In this document: positions 1 through 24,245 of the stretch, piece after piece | How the letters are laid out: the number at the start of each line of letters is the position of its first letter | How positions within the stretch are numbered: position 1 is the first letter of the stretch | Assembly: GCA_012295275.1 (NCBI GenBank) | Contig: CM022668.1 | Location: forward strand, 4,960,001 to 5,024,000 | DNA from: Chrysomallon squamiferum | Lineage: Eukaryota > Animalia > Mollusca | Length of the DNA: 64,000 nucleotides | Direction of reading: 5' to 3' | Program-made: the position numbers and the translations under genes | The notes under the pieces: generated by a model | What the model was told of the DNA's origin: nothing | The model's database searches: none | Seen by the model: the letters and a program-made list of their open reading frames with translations, nothing else

Positions 1-299
1 ACTTTTACGATACGATCCTGTTAGTCTCTCTGTGTCTCAGTAATTTTCAAATGCTTTCTCAACAGAATCTATGTCTGTATCGATATTTCTATCAATCAGT
101 ATCAAGGATAACTAAAAATGAGTTTTCTGTCAGATATATTGGATAAGTAAAACAAAAATGCATGGATAGATTTTAGTATGTAGGCAGGTACTATGTAAGT
201 GAATGTGTGTTTGGGCGGATATATTAATCTAAACATTTGGATATATATCACATATTTCTATATGTACAAACGAATTAAAAATAATGTTTGATATCTTAC

Positions 300-409
300 T
301 TGCTGGTGCAGCTTCAGAGGGTAAAAAAAAAAGTACAAAATATTAGTTTACACAAAGAAGAATATTCTTACTACATGTATTATGAATGTATATATGTATG
401 TTTTGTGTG

Positions 410-454
<45 letters not shown>

Positions 455-2235
455 TAAAGTATTATACATGTTTGTATAGAGACGTGTTGCACTTAGTGCG
501 TATGTATGTGTAAATGTATACGTGTGTGAGAGACAGACAGAAGGAAGGAGACACATAAAGAATGAGAGAAATGTAAATAGAGAAAGAAACGAAAACAAAG
601 CTAGACAGAGAGACAGAACGGTAGGTAGATATATAGATACAAAGACAGAAAGATATATTGATAGATAGATAGAGAGAATATACAGAGAATGAGAAACCGA
701 CAGATCGAGAGAGATAGACAGACAGATAGACAGATAGATGTATAGATAGATACATAGAGAGATGGAGAGAGAGAAAGATACATATACGTATGTATGTAAA
801 TATATACAGAGAGAGAGAGCGAGAGAGAGACAGTCAAGAGAAAGAGAGAGTGAGAGACACGTAAACAGACAGATAGATAGAGACAGAGATATACACAGAG
901 ACAGTTGTAATTTTTACTTACGTAGTGCTTCGCAATCGTCTAACTGTTTCTTCAGACAGTCAATTTTCACAAGCATCTTTTGAACTCTGAAATACAAACA
1001 CAGCTTTTTAACGTAAAACTATTTTATGTTACACGTGCCAGGTATTGCTTTTCCAGGAATGAAAAAATCTCGTAGAATTGATATTGTTTTATGTTAGAAA
1101 GATCTATGAGATAACAATCATCTTTTAAAGTGGTTCATTGCACGTCAAACCATTTTCGATTGTGTAAGTAGTTGTGGACTCGCTGAAGAATGAATTCATG
1201 GAAATAAAGAAAGTCCACTAATTCGATGAAAAGAATTCCAGAAATAAAAGTTTTCACTGTCCCCTTGAAAATGTGAGGAATTTCGACACCAACATGAGAA
1301 ATCAGTTTGAGATTCCAACAAACATTTCAAGAATTCCTTAGTTTCATAAACTTTGTCTATGTGGAAAACAGAAACACTAAAACTGTAAGTGATTACATTT
1401 AAACTCCCTAAATGAACGAATATTTTAAGTAATGAAAGTTCCTTCTGAGAAATGTTGCAGCAAGATACCTCTGTCTCATTTTTTATGATGAAGGTTTTCT
1501 ACAAATGTACTTGCTTTCAAATGCCTGTATACTCATTTTTTGCATTAATTGACATGTTTCTTATCGAGTGATTTCCAAGCGGTTGCCATGATACAGTAAA
1601 GCATGAAAACTGGCTACAGTATTTACAAGTCTATTGAAACCTCGTGCATTTGTGTAATTTAATATCTTGTAAATGTCAGAATGGGCATTTTATTATTAGG
1701 TGTGTTCACTTTAACTCTATTTTACTGCTAAGGTAAAAATTTCACCTGTGGAATTTTTGTTATGTGTTGTACGTAGTATCTTGGAGTTTACTGTTTTCCT
1801 TTAAATCACGTGTTATGGAAATGAAAAGAGATTTGAAATCCTTATCGAATTAGCTTTTCGGTCACATGAATTTAATCAAAGTTGACCCGCTGGATACAAA
1901 AAGCAATAGCTTCGAAACTACTGCTCCGATTGAAAAAATATTTGAGATTTTCGCTGCTTATATTAAATCGTAGCTACATACCATGAAAGGCAATATATTC
2001 CTATGTTATTGTAGTTTCTTTTATATAATTACTTATTTATTTATTTAGTTACTTACTTATTTATTTATTTATTCTTTTTTGTTATAATTATTATTATAAG
2101 CAGAAAATAAATTACTTACTTCTGACTACAGCTTTCAGCCGATTTCTCATGTCCCCACCCCCAGTGTTCAAGGTGTGACTCTGCTACAGTCAGACATGTT
2201 ACAACCAACACGCAAATAATCAGAGAAGATTTCAT
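300..2235 (-). CDS. Micro-exon secreted protein, copy B1 (5' part; 3' exons not in window)
   Basis: Exon1 2235-2120 MKSSLIICVLVVTCLTVAESHLEHWGWGHEKSAESCSQ(K), GTAAGT donor, phase 2; exon2 986-922 (65 nt, VQKMLVKIDCLKKQLDDCEAL) with tttcag/GTAAGT; micro-exon 311-300 (CTGCACCAGCAA, PAPA) with ctgaag/GTAAGA. Inverted paralog of B2. Confidence 0.8.
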
Positions 2236-2339
2236 TTTCAGTTTTTTCTGCTTCTTGTACTCAGGACTTTGTTTAACTGTGTGAGCTGTGGAAATGCGAC
2301 ACTTGTTGATATTTGTTTCTTTTGTCAACGTGTACAATG

Positions 2340-2700
2340 GAAAATCACACTTTTAATTAACTCTTCTGTTCTGCTCAATAGCTGCATCTGTGATTTTGTA
2401 ATTTCATTGAAATCTGATAAGACAATAAATATTAAATGTTCTCTGTTTATGTTCAGCCACCCATCGCTTTTCTCTTGGTTGTCTTGTGTTCACCTTCACT
2501 CTTAATTTACTGTCCTGTTCTGTTTAATGACTGCATCTGTGATTTTCTAATTTCATTGAAATCTGATAAGACAACAACTATTAATTGTTCTCAGTTTATA
2601 TTCAGCTACTCACCGGTTTTAGTTTTGATTGTCTTTGCGGGATATAACAGAGTAAACAACTGAAGAAAATCGATCGCAAAGTAACACGTTTCAAATATTT
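2340..2700 (-). promoter_or_regulatory. B-type upstream region with repeated ~145-bp module
   Basis: Module ctgcatctgtgattttctaatttcattgaaatctgataagacaa occurs twice directly 5' of B1 exon 1; also at ~3530-3800 and ~32100-33000; contains GATAAG. Confidence 0.45.
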
Positions 2701-3082
2701 GTACTAATCATTCATTAATATTTCTTCTGTTTATTTGATTTTTTAAAATTTAAATAATTTTCTTTCATTATTATTTTATTTTCATCGTTGTTGTTGTTGT
2801 TTGTGTTCTAGTTATTGTTGTTATTGTGATGTGCTTTCTGTGGATACGTTGAGGATCAAACAGTTAATGACAGTATAATTTTAGAAATACAGAGATACAT
2901 TGGTACTGAATAATCCTCACAAGTTAAATAAAAATAAAAAATAAAAACAGAAAGTACGGAAAAAGTTATTAATATTTTCATCCTAATAGCTAAGCTAAAA
3001 GTGTTTTTCATTCTTCGAGTTATAAAGTAAAAATATATATGTACGTAGGTATGTCTGTATATATATATATGTGTGTGTGTGT

Positions 3083-3376
3083 TTATATATATGTATACGT
3101 AAGTATGTATGTATGTATATATATGTATGTATGTATGTATATATGTATGTATGTATGTATATATGTATGTTTGTATGTATATATGTATGTTTGTATGTAT
3201 ATATATATGTATGTATGTATATACGTATGTATGTGTGTATGTATGTGTGTGTATGTATGTATGTATGTATGTATGTGTGTGTGTATGTGTATGTATGTAT
3301 ATATGTATGTATGGTGTGACTCTGCTAGAGTTAAACATGTGAGAACCAACAAACAATTGATCGAGAAAGATTTCAT
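3083..3376 (-). pseudogene. Orphan B-type exon 1 running into a (TACA)/(CA)/(TA) microsatellite
   Basis: ATG at 3376: MKSFSINCLLVLTCLTLAESH, homologous to the B1 signal peptide and preceded by the same upstream module; continues in frame as HTYI-type repeats to a stop at 3083; normal donor and exon 2 not seen. Confidence 0.7.
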
Positions 3377-4169
3377 TTTCAAAAATTTTGCCGTCTTTTA
3401 GTCAGGACTTTGATGAGATGTGTGAATACTGGAAATGTGCAACGTGTAACTTTTAATTTTGTGTACGTGTACAGTGGACAATTCAAGTTTTAATACATAT
3501 TTTCTATTTCATTTCGCTCTAGAACTGCACGTGGTGATTTTGTAATTTCAATGAAAGCTGTTAAGACAATAATTATTAATTGTTCTCAGTTTATATTCAG
3601 CTACCCACCGGTTTTTGTCTTGATTGTCTTGTGTTCACCTTCACTCTTAATTTACTGTCCTGTTCTGTTTAATGACTGCATCTGTGATTTTCTAATTTCA
3701 TTGAAATCTGTTTCAGACTACAACTATTAATTGTTCTCAGTTTATATTCAGCTACCAACCGGTTTTAGTTTTGATTGTCTTTGCGGGATATAACAGAGTA
3801 AACAACTGAAGAAAATCGTTCGTAAAGTAACACGTTTCAAATATTTCTACTAATCATTCATTCATTTATTTGCTTTTGTTAATAATTTCAATATTTTAGT
3901 TATTATTATCTTATTTACTTTATTCTTATTCTTATTGTTACTGGTGTGTTTATCTTTGTTGTCATTGTGCTTGTTCTGTTTTTCTGTTTGTATAGCTGGC
4001 TGTTCATCAATCACAGTCTGTACACGTTTTTTTAATGTAATTTATTTCACTAATAAGCATGACGAAAATAAGAGGGATAAAGAAACAGCCAGCATGGAGA
4101 ATCTGTAACAGAGAAACCTAACATAGGTTAGAACTGAGCAGCGACAATAAAGGAAAATGTGAGAAAACA

Positions 4170-4276
<107 letters not shown>

Positions 4277-4607
4277 TGCATTTATCTACAGTCTTATTGT
4301 TTTTGTTTGTTTTATTTTCAGACAATCAAGTTTCACTTGCATCATTTCAGTTCTAGAAAAGATAAAACATATGTGATGTTACACGTGTCAGTTATTGCTT
4401 CTCCAGAAAAGAAAAAGTCTCGTATCCTTCATGTCGTTTTACTTTAGAAACAAGATAACAAACTAACTGAACTTTATCTCTCTTATTTTGCTTTGTTTTT
4501 AGTTTTTATAATAAATTGACATACGTACATACACAAATATTCGTCTTTCCTATACCTGATGCATTAATTTTTTTTTTTTCTATTTGTTATTAGTATTACT
4601 ATTACTA

Positions 4608-4660
<53 letters not shown>

Positions 4661-4779
4661 GTTGTTATTATTAATGTTGTTGTTGTTGTTGTTGTTGTTA
4701 ATATTACCATTGTAGTTGATGTTATTATAAAGTGTGTTGATGTTGGTGAAAGTGGTGATGTTTATTTTAGATACATATT

Positions 4780-5660
4780 ATTAGTGGAATCTATCGCGAC
4801 CCTCACGTGACTAGGTGAAATGTCACTGTTGTGACGTAGAATAGAAAATAGGTCATCAGAATTACAAAATATTGGATACTTAATTTTTGTCACGTGACAG
4901 TCGCCAGGTTATGGAAATAATTAGATGGCTGTCTTCCTCTTTTTCTTTTTCTATATTGTTGTCTCATTCATCTAACACACTAACATTAATGTCTAAATCC
5001 AAGTCCCACTGGCTCGAATTGTCATCATCTTTATTACTATTTGTCTGTTCTATCAAGTTACCGGCAGCTCAGCTCTGGTTTTCATTGTTTTATTTTATAT
5101 ACACATTTATCCCTGATTCCATTTAAAAAAAAAAATAATAATAAACAAAAATAAATATGTAATGCACCTTGATGAAAATACACTAATCAATAACGTGATC
5201 ACCTTCACACGAAATAACGTCATGCAGACTGCGTGCTGTGTCACCTTCAGATGTTACAGTCATCGCTCTGTTTTTAAATTTATAAAATATCTATCCGCTG
5301 ATCTAAGACCCATGCCGCTAACGCAAAATTAATTTTAGTCGGCAGATGTTGAGTTTTCTACGTATCAATATGGTAAATATCATAGGATGTAACCATCTTA
5401 TTATTATTATTGTTGTTCTTGTTGTTGTGGCTGTTATTGTTCTTATTCTTTTATAAGAGATACTGACTTCGACGATGGTGAAGATTTTGCTATAGACATT
5501 ATTAATGTAACACATCACGATTGTCACGTGACCTGTTATGACCTTCACTGATAAAAAGTTGACTGGAAAACAGGACAACTCCAATAATACTGACACGTCA
5601 CGTAGTAGAGTCCACTGTATCTCAGACTCTCCTTCGTATGTTATTCCATTATACCAGAAC
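4780..5660. repeat. Cluster-wide intergenic element rich in CACGTG/TGACGT motifs
   Basis: Related copies near 13600-14480, 21040-21920, 29810-30710 (inverted), 39700-40440, 41780-42310, 46740-47350; core ctgatctaagacccatgccgctaacgcaaaattaattttagtcggcagatgtt. Confidence 0.75.
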
Positions 5661-6032
5661 TTATTTTAAATTATTATTATTATTATTATTATTACTATTA
5701 TTATTATTATTATTATTATTATGATTATAACACTTAGTGTAAGTGGAGTGCCCAAATAGCTAAAGACTTTAAGTTCGCATTTGAATATTAATAAAATAGT
5801 AAATTAAAAAAGAAAACAAAAACTAAGAAAATAAATATAATAATTTGTGTTACTACTACTGGTACTACAATAATAATAATAATAAGAAGAAGAAGAAGAA
5901 GAATATATAACTATGTGCATATATATTTTATTTAATTAAGAGATATAACCCAAAGTAAAAATATTTTCATAATTTTATTTATTTCGTATCATTGACATGA
6001 CTGCTTGTCTGGCTTTCCTCCAGATTTCTTTT

Positions 6033-11010
<4,978 letters not shown>

Positions 11011-11074
11011 GGTTGTTGTCTTCTTTTCAATTCTTCTGTTGAATTGACTACAGAATGAAGATCTCTGAGTGTCG

Positions 11075-11084
11075 CTTATAAATA
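11075..11084 (-). promoter_or_regulatory. TATA box of A1
   Basis: TATTTATAAG ~70 bp upstream of the ATG, at an equivalent position in A2, C1, C2. Confidence 0.55.
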
Positions 11085-11217
11085 TTACTGAGATGTGCGA
11101 ACGTGATGTAACAAGGATCTCGTGATTATTGATATCAGTCTTTTATAGTTTAGCCTACAGCTGTTACATGTAGACGTTTGTCTGATTTTTAGTGATGCTT
11201 ACTTTCAGGACCTTAAA

Positions 11218-11248
<31 letters not shown>

Positions 11249-11372
11249 CATAATAAATAGAATAATGAATAAATTAATTAAGAAAGAAAGAAAGAAAAAA
11301 ATATTGACGAAAAAAATTAGAATTAACGTTTCTTATTCTGGATCAAGGTCACGCTGTCTCTCTGTCTCTCTA

Positions 11373-11408
<36 letters not shown>

Positions 11409-12064
11409 CCCTTCACTGAATCATTTTTTTATTTTTGTCTCACAGTTCTAATAGTGTCGCACATTAATACTAATACTCATGCTCCTTAAATTTTCTTTGT
11501 CTATGTTAGATTTATTGATTTTGTTTTACGTTTTCTCCGTTTTAGGAACACTCAAATATTAATCCCCTTAACCAAACTTGATCTATGTCCAGAAAACAGT
11601 TACGTGTAACCTTCACTAGTTTGTACTGTTAAAGTTGTAGACAACTGAACAAAAAACACACGAACAGACAGGACAGACAGGACAGACAGGACAAACACGT
11701 CACGTAGGCTGCGGCATGTTTGTCAGTGTACGTGGGGACACGTGCGTATGTGCGTGTGCAAGAGTTTGTTTTTAGCCAATAATAAAAAATGTATCCACTG
11801 ATCTGAGACCCATGCTGCTAGCACACAATTAACTTTACTTGACAGATGTTACGTATTCTGCGTGTTTGCATTTTAGTTAACAGACAAGAGACACGTCATG
11901 TAGAGTGTACCTGACTGACTTGTGATAACTTACAGTCATCCATCAGTTCTCACCGGTAGACCATGCGCCATTGCTAGAGCAACATCAATCTTTTGGTAGA
12001 TGTCACGTTTTCTGCGTCTTAATTTGCTAAAGTTAAAAGTACGTAATATTAACATTATAATTTT

Positions 12065-12104
<40 letters not shown>

Positions 12105-13139
12105 CATCATCATCATGATGTGGGTTGAATATAAGTATGAGCTGTAAAATCTACTGTATGCTTAAGGAGTCACCTCCTGTAAGAGTCTATAACATTTCAC
12201 TTTAATTATGACACAAGTTTGTTATATGTTACTGCTAAAGAAATTGGAACCATAAAGATGTCTGTAGTTGAGGACCTCAGCATGTTTATAGCTGATCCTA
12301 ATTATATCCTCTCTTCTCCAAATCCAGTTAAAAATACCGTTCCTACTAAATACATGATTGTGTGTAAGCGTCTACATATAAATGTGAAAATAAATAATTT
12401 TAAGAAAAATACTAAATGTGAAAACAGAAAATTTTTAAACTCCCGTCCTGGAAATAGTTCTGATATATAAATAAATAGTTGGAAAACGTTTTAAAATTCA
12501 AAATTAGAAATAGAACTGTTCGCGTGATCTAGTTCAATTCAAGTTAGATGAAAGTCAAAGAAAACAGCTGTATTGTCCAATCAGTTACATAAGCCGTAGT
12601 CTACAGTTACTATATTTATTTATTTTCATTCTATTTGTTTCTTTTTGTTTTTGTTTTGTTTTATGTTTTTATATATTTAATTTTGATGTATTAAATTTTA
12701 ATTTTTATTTGGACCGTCAGATATTACTTTTTAATTCTATCGATATGTAAATTCTTGATTGCGGATGAAAATATTTGAAGGATTTAAGCGTTCTTCTTTT
12801 CCTGTGATTTTTAAATAACAACAAGAACAATAACAATAATACTAATAATACGAATTCCTTACTGAGTGACTGACTGAGAAAGGTGCAGACACTTGTGAAT
12901 GTCACTGAAATGTGCGAATGTGCTGCGAGAAGTCAAAAGGAAAGAAAGTTCACCTATTTACTGAACTAGTTTTCAAACATTTGACGTAAACGGTAGAGAG
13001 TATTTCAATTCATACGTCGGATGTTACGTGTTATAAACTGGTTTCTCTCTTTTATTTGGAAGTGCACTGAAGAAGTTTTTCTGTTTGACCTGAACTCTAG
13101 AAGATTCTCAAAAACAAATCCTGGGGACTTTTAAATATC

Positions 13140-13195
<56 letters not shown>

Positions 13196-13220
13196 TAATA
13201 ATAATAATAATAAAAATAAA

Positions 13221-13258
<38 letters not shown>

Positions 13259-13262
13259 TAAA

Positions 13263-13408
<146 letters not shown>

Positions 13409-14208
13409 TATAATAATAATGTATTTTGTCCTTGTTTTCTATTGGTCTGTAACTCTTTTGTTGATGTACACGATGTGAAATTGTCTATATACGTGGATGT
13501 TTGTTTAAAATAATAAATAAATTTATTCACTCATATAAGACTCATGCTGCTAGAGAAAAATTAATTTTGGTTGACATATAATTTCAGATACATATTGTTT
13601 TAGAATCTATCGCCACTGTCACGTGACAAAGTGAAATATCTCTGATATGACGTAGAAAAGTAAATAGGACTCAGAATAATTACAAAATATTGGATACTAA
13701 CATTTCAAGGTCAAATATATCGTGACGTCACATTTCGCTTTCTTACGTGACAGTCGCCATAGGTCATGGAAATAATTAGACAGTTCTTGTCCTTTTCCTC
13801 TTTTTCTTTATTTTGTCCCATTCTTCTACCTGTCTAACGCAATAACGTTAATATTTAACTGCAAGTCAGATTTGCCCGAAGTGTCAGTACTGGTTTACAC
13901 TGTCTTATTTTATAAACACATTGATCCCTGATTCCATGTTAAGAAAAATAATAATAAAATAAAATAAAAATGTAATGCACCTTGATGAAAATACACTAAT
14001 CAATAACGTGATCACCCTCACACGAAGTAACGTGACGTAGACTGCGTCCTGTGTCACCTTCAGATGTTACGGTAGTCGCTGTGTTTTTAAATTAATCAAA
14101 TATCTATCCACTGATCTAAGACCCATGCCGCTAACGCAAAATTAATTTTAGTCGGCAGATGTTAAGTTTTCTTCATATTAATATGGTAAATATCACAATA
14201 TGCAACCA

Positions 14209-14242
<34 letters not shown>

Positions 14243-14497
14243 GTTGTTGTTGTTGTTGTTGTTGTTGTGGCTGTTCTTGTTATTATTCTATTATAAGAGA
14301 TATTGATCTCGATGATGGTGAAGATTTTGATTTAGACTTTATTAATGTAACGCATGACGACTGTTATGACCTTCACTGATAAAACGTTGACACGAAAACA
14401 GGACAACTCCAATAATACTGACACGTCACGTAGTAGAGTCCACTGTACCTCAGACTCTCCTTCGTATGTTATTCCATTATACCAGAACTTATTTTAA

Positions 14498-14562
<65 letters not shown>

Positions 14563-14819
14563 GTGGATGGAATGCCCAAATATCTCAATATTTTAAATTC
14601 GCATTTGAATATGTAATAAAATAGGAAAGGAAAGAAAAGAAAAGAAAAGTAAAGAAACTGAATGTAATACTCTGTGTTACTACTAATACCCCTTGTAACA
14701 CTAGAACTACTACCAAAGGTAATTAAGAGATATAACCCAAAGTAAAAATATTTTCATAATTTTATTTATTTCGTATCATTGACATGACTGCTTGTCGGGC
14801 TTTCCTCCAGATTTCTCTT

Positions 14820-18412
<3,593 letters not shown>

Positions 18413-18619
18413 GGTTGTTGTCTTCTTTTCAATTCTTCTGTTGAATTGACTACAGAATGAAGATCTCTGAGTGTCGCTTATAAATATTACTGAGATGTGC
18501 GAACGTGATGTAACAAGGATCACGTGATTATTCATATCAGTCTTTTTTAGTTTAGCCTACAGGTGTTACACGTAGATGTTTGTCTGATTTTTTGTGATGC
18601 TTACTTTCATGACCTTAAA

Positions 18620-18665
<46 letters not shown>

Positions 18666-18788
18666 CATAATAAATAGAATAATGAATAAATTAATTAAGA
18701 AAGAAAGAAAGAAAAAAATATTGACGAAAAAAATTAGAATTAACGTTTCTTATTCTGGATCAAGGTCACGCTGTCTCTCTCTCTCTAT

Positions 18789-18819
<31 letters not shown>

Positions 18820-19497
18820 ACACACACACACACACAAAACCCTTCACTGAATCATTTTTTTATTTTTGTCTCACAGTTCTAATAGTGTCACACATTAATA
18901 CTAATACTCATGCTCCTTAAATTTTGTATGTGTATGTTAGATTTATTGAATTTTTGTTACGTTTTCTCCGTTTTAGGAACACTCAAATATTAATCCCCTT
19001 AACCAAACTTGATCTATGTCCAGAAAACAGTTACGTGTTACCTTCACTAGTTTGTACTGTTAAAGTTGTAGACAACTGAACAAAAAAAACACGAACAGAC
19101 AGAACAAACAGGACAAACACGTCACGTAGGCTGCGGCATGTTTGTCACTGTACGTGGGGACACGTGCGTGTGTGCGTGTGTGCGTGTGTGCGTGTGCAAG
19201 AGTTTGTTTTTAACCAATAATAAAAAATGTATCCACTGATCTGAGACTCATGCTGCTAGCACACAATTATCTTTACTTGACAGATGTTACGTATTCTGCG
19301 TGTTTGCATTTTAGTTCACAGACAAGAGACACGTCATGTAAAGTGTGTGTACCTGCTTGACTTGTGATAACTTACAGTTATCCATCACTTCTCACCGGTA
19401 GACCATGCGCCATTGCTAGAGCAATTTGGTAGATGTCACGTTTTCTGCGTCTTAATTTGCTAAAGTTAAAAGTACGTAATATTAACATTATAATTTT

Positions 19498-19561
<64 letters not shown>

Positions 19562-20623
19562 CATCATCATCATCATCATCATGATGTGGGTTGAATATAA
19601 GTATGAGCTGTAAAATATACTGTATGCTTAAGGAGTCACCTCCTGTAAGAGTCTATAACATTTCACTTTAATTATGACACAAGTTTGTTATATGTTACTG
19701 CTAAAGAAATTGGAACCATAAAGATGTCTGTAGTTGAGGACCTCAGCATGTTTATAGCTGATCCTAATTATATCCTCTCTTCTCCAAATCCAGTTAAAAA
19801 TACCGTTCCTACTAAATACATGATTGTGTGTAAGCGTCTACATATAAATGTGAAAATAAATAATTTTAAGAAAAATACTAAATGTGAAAACAGAAAATTT
19901 TTAAACTCCCGTCCTGGAAATAGTTCTGATATATAAATAAATAGTTGGAAAACGTTTTAAAATTCAAAATTAGAAATAGAACTGTTCGCGTGATCTAGTT
20001 CAATTCAAGTTAGATGAAAGTCAAAGAAAACAGCTGTATTGTCCAATCAGTTACATAAGCCGTAGTCTACAGTTACTATATTTATTTATTTTCATTCTAT
20101 TTGTTTCTTTTTGTTTTTGTTTTGTTTTATGTTTTTATATATTTAATTTTGATGTATTAAATTTTAATTTTTATTTGGACCGTCAGATATTACTTTTTAA
20201 TTCTGTCGATATGTAAATTCTTGATTGCGGATGAAAATATTTGAAGGATTTAAGCGTTCTTCTTTTCCTGTGATTTTTAAATAACAACAACAACAATAAC
20301 AATAATACTAATAATACGAATTCCTTACTGAGTGACTGACTGAGAAAAGTGCAGACACTTGTGAATGTCACTGAAATGTGCGAATGTGCTGCGAGAAGAC
20401 AAAAGGAAAGAAAGTTCACCTATTTACTGAACTAGTTTTCAAACATTTGACGTAAACGGTAGAGAGTATTTCAATTCACACATCGGATGTTACGTGTTAT
20501 AAACTGGTTTCTCTCTTTTATTTGGAAGTGCACTGAAGAAATCTGTCTTTATTTATTTCTTTTTCTGTTTGACCTGAACTCTAGAATATTCTCAAAAACA
20601 AATCCTGGGGACTTTTAAATATC

Positions 20624-20718
<95 letters not shown>

Positions 20719-20733
20719 AAATAAAAAAAAAAA

Positions 20734-20789
<56 letters not shown>

Positions 20790-21675
20790 TAAAAATAAAA
20801 ATAATAATAATAATAACAATTATAATTATAATAATTATAATTATAATAATTATAATAATAATGTATTTTGTCCTTGTTTTCTATTGGTCTGTAACTCTTT
20901 TGTTGATGTACACGATGTGAAATTGTCTATATACGTGGATGTTTGTTTAAAATAATAAATAAATTTATTCACTCATATAAGACTCGTGCTGCTAAAGAAA
21001 AATTAATTTTGGTTGACATATAATTTCAGATACATATTGTTTTAGAATCTATCGCCACTGTCACGTGACAAAGTGAAATATCTCTGATATGACGTAGACA
21101 AGTAAATAGGACTCAGAATAATTACAAAATATTGGATACTAACATTTCAAGGTCAAATATATCGTGACGTCACATTTCGCTTTCTTACGTGACAGTCGCC
21201 ATAGGTCATGGAAATAATTAGACAGCTCTTGTCCTCTTTCTCTTTTTCTTCATTTTGTCCCATTCTTCTACCTGTCTCACACACTAACGTTAATATTTAA
21301 CTGCAAGTCAGATTTGCCCGAAGTGTCAGTACTGGTTTACACTGTTTTATTTTATACACACATTGATCCCTGATTCCATGTTAAGAAAAATAATAATAAA
21401 ATAAAATAAAAATGTAATGCACCTTGATGAAAATACACTAATCAATAACGTGATCACCCTCACACGAAGTAACGTGACGTAGACTGCGTCCTGTGTCACC
21501 TTCAGATGTTACGGTAGTCGCTGTGTTTTTAAATTAATCAAATATCTATCCACTGATCTAAGACCCATGCCGCTAACGCAAAATTAATTTTAGTCGGCAG
21601 ATGTTGAGTTTTCTTCATATTAATATGGTAAATATCACAATATGCAACCATATTATTATTATTATTATTATTATT

Positions 21676-21707
<32 letters not shown>

Positions 21708-21936
21708 GGCTGTTCTTGTTATTATTCTATTATAAGAGATATTGATCTCGATGATGGTGAAGATTTTGATTTAGACTTTATTAATGTAACGCATGACGAC
21801 TGTTATGACCTTCACTGATAAAACGTTGACACGAAAACAGGACAACTCCAATAATACTGACACGTCACGTAGTAGAGTCCACTGTACCTCAGACTCTCCT
21901 TCGTATGTTATTCCATTATACCAGAACTTATTTTAA

Positions 21937-21977
<41 letters not shown>

Positions 21978-22234
21978 GTGGATGGAATGCCCAAATATCT
22001 CAATATTTTAAATTCGCATTTGAATATGTAATAAAATAGGAAAGGAAAGAAAAAAAAAGAAAAGTAAAGAAACTGAATGTAATAATCTGTGTTACTACTA
22101 CTAAAGCTTGTAACACTAGAACTACTACCAAAGGTAATTAAGAGATATAACCCAAAGTAAAAATATTTTCATAATTTTATTTATTTCGTATCATTGACAT
22201 GACTGCTTGTCGGGCTTTCCTCCAGATTTCTCTT

Positions 22235-23017
22235 CTAACCCATGTCTGGAAGGAAACAAAACAGACAGTGCAATTAGAAAAACGACTCAAACAGATGTTT
22301 GTTTTTAAGTTCAATCAGATAAATGTGAGGAGAGTTAAAAGTAGTAAACATTATTTGCAGTATGATCAATTAAATAAAATTAATTATAATAAATATGTTT
22401 ATCAAAGTCAGTAATGGTAATAGGCGAATTTAGAAGCTGTCTAACAGAAGGAAGACTTGACTAAACACATTAACGTACTGATATGATTTATAAAGATTAA
22501 CAGCTTCAGTTTGAACCTAGGTGCAAGTTAAGAGAATTCTTAAAAGGAAGTTGAATATTTCATTTCATTTAGCTGAATATGAATGAAAGGATACACATCA
22601 GTATTATCCAATCAATTGACATGAACTTACCATAGCAGCACACATGATTTGGATCTGTACACCCATAGTCTTCAGCTACCTTTCCCTCTGTGCTACAATG
22701 GTCTCTCGTAAAACATTCTGCACGCTCATCTTCATGATCCTCGCACACTGAAATATCAATATCATTATCATTATATACACATGCATACACATACAAACAC
22801 AGACGTGTGTACATACACACACAATAAATAGATAAATAAAAATTTAGTAAAACAGAAAGTGAGTAATATTTTCACATAATCTAGTAAATTCGAAAACATT
22901 TTCATTTATCGACATAAGCTTAAAAATAAATAATGTTTTCGACATAGTTAAAATAGAAAGCACTGACAGCATACATTGGATCAAAACACGGTAATGTCAT
23001 CTCTCCTCTCTCTCTAT

Positions 23018-23056
<39 letters not shown>

Positions 23057-23320
23057 ACAAACACGCACACAAACAGAAGCATAGATATAATTTTTGTCCA
23101 TAAATAATCATTTAGTGTATGTGTTTGTAGACGCATTATTAGGCACATGTGAACGTATAGTTATAAAACAAATTTCTAAATCAGTAACTGATAAAGGTGA
23201 ACTTACTTTTTGGACCTTTAAAAGAAGAAAGAAATGAAGTTAGATATTGTTTCATATTAAATATTACATATAAACATTTTTCAACAGAAAGAAACGTAGA
23301 AATTGTTTTTACAATGGGTC

Positions 23321-23412
<92 letters not shown>

Positions 23413-24186
23413 ACAGTCAGAGGACGAAAGAGAGTTACAAGCTAAATGTATAGCTAAGAAAAGGAATAATAAAAATAATAAATAAATAAATCAATAAATA
23501 AATAAATAAATAAATAAATCAATTAATAAATCAATAAATAAATAAATAAATAGCAAATAAATACTTTTTAATTAATAAAATAATTCTTACCAGCAGTAGC
23601 TTGAAACGAAAGAAAAAATTGAAATTGTTTGTTATTATTATTATTATTTAGTAATATGTCTTTAACATCAAGTCAAAGAGAGAGAGAGAGAAAGAGATTG
23701 TTGGGAGAAACGCGCATATGCATATAGGAATAAATGCAAGTGTCTCTATATGTATGTATGTATGAAATTAGATATGTTTATATGTATTCGTATGTATGTA
23801 TATAAATGTATGTAGGTATGGATTTTCACCGATGGAAAATGAAACTTTAAACCACAAGGCATCGGCATTTCAGATAATGAGAATCATGTTTAATGACAAA
23901 AGTTAAAGTTTTGTTAATGATTTCAGAAATACGCTGTTGAGTTTTAAACCTCTGTCGGTATTTAGAAAATGTTTAAGGCGTACAATTTCGTAAAGTGGGT
24001 TATTTTAAAACGCTGTGGAAATAGTTTGGTGTCTAGTTTACTTTAATAGTAGGATGGTGCGTTTTGGTCAGTGTGTCCTGGGTACCAATATTGAGGCTGT
24101 AATTATTCTTGGTGATGAAACGAGAAACAAAATTTCAAAAGTATATATATATGTACTACTACTAGTACTACTACTAATAATAATAG

Positions 24187-24245
<59 letters not shown>

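Noticed and set aside
12219-12470. Identical 83-aa ORF, also at 19685
   Set aside because: Identity comes from recent duplication; the third copy at ~62840 is disrupted, and the start is not ATG.
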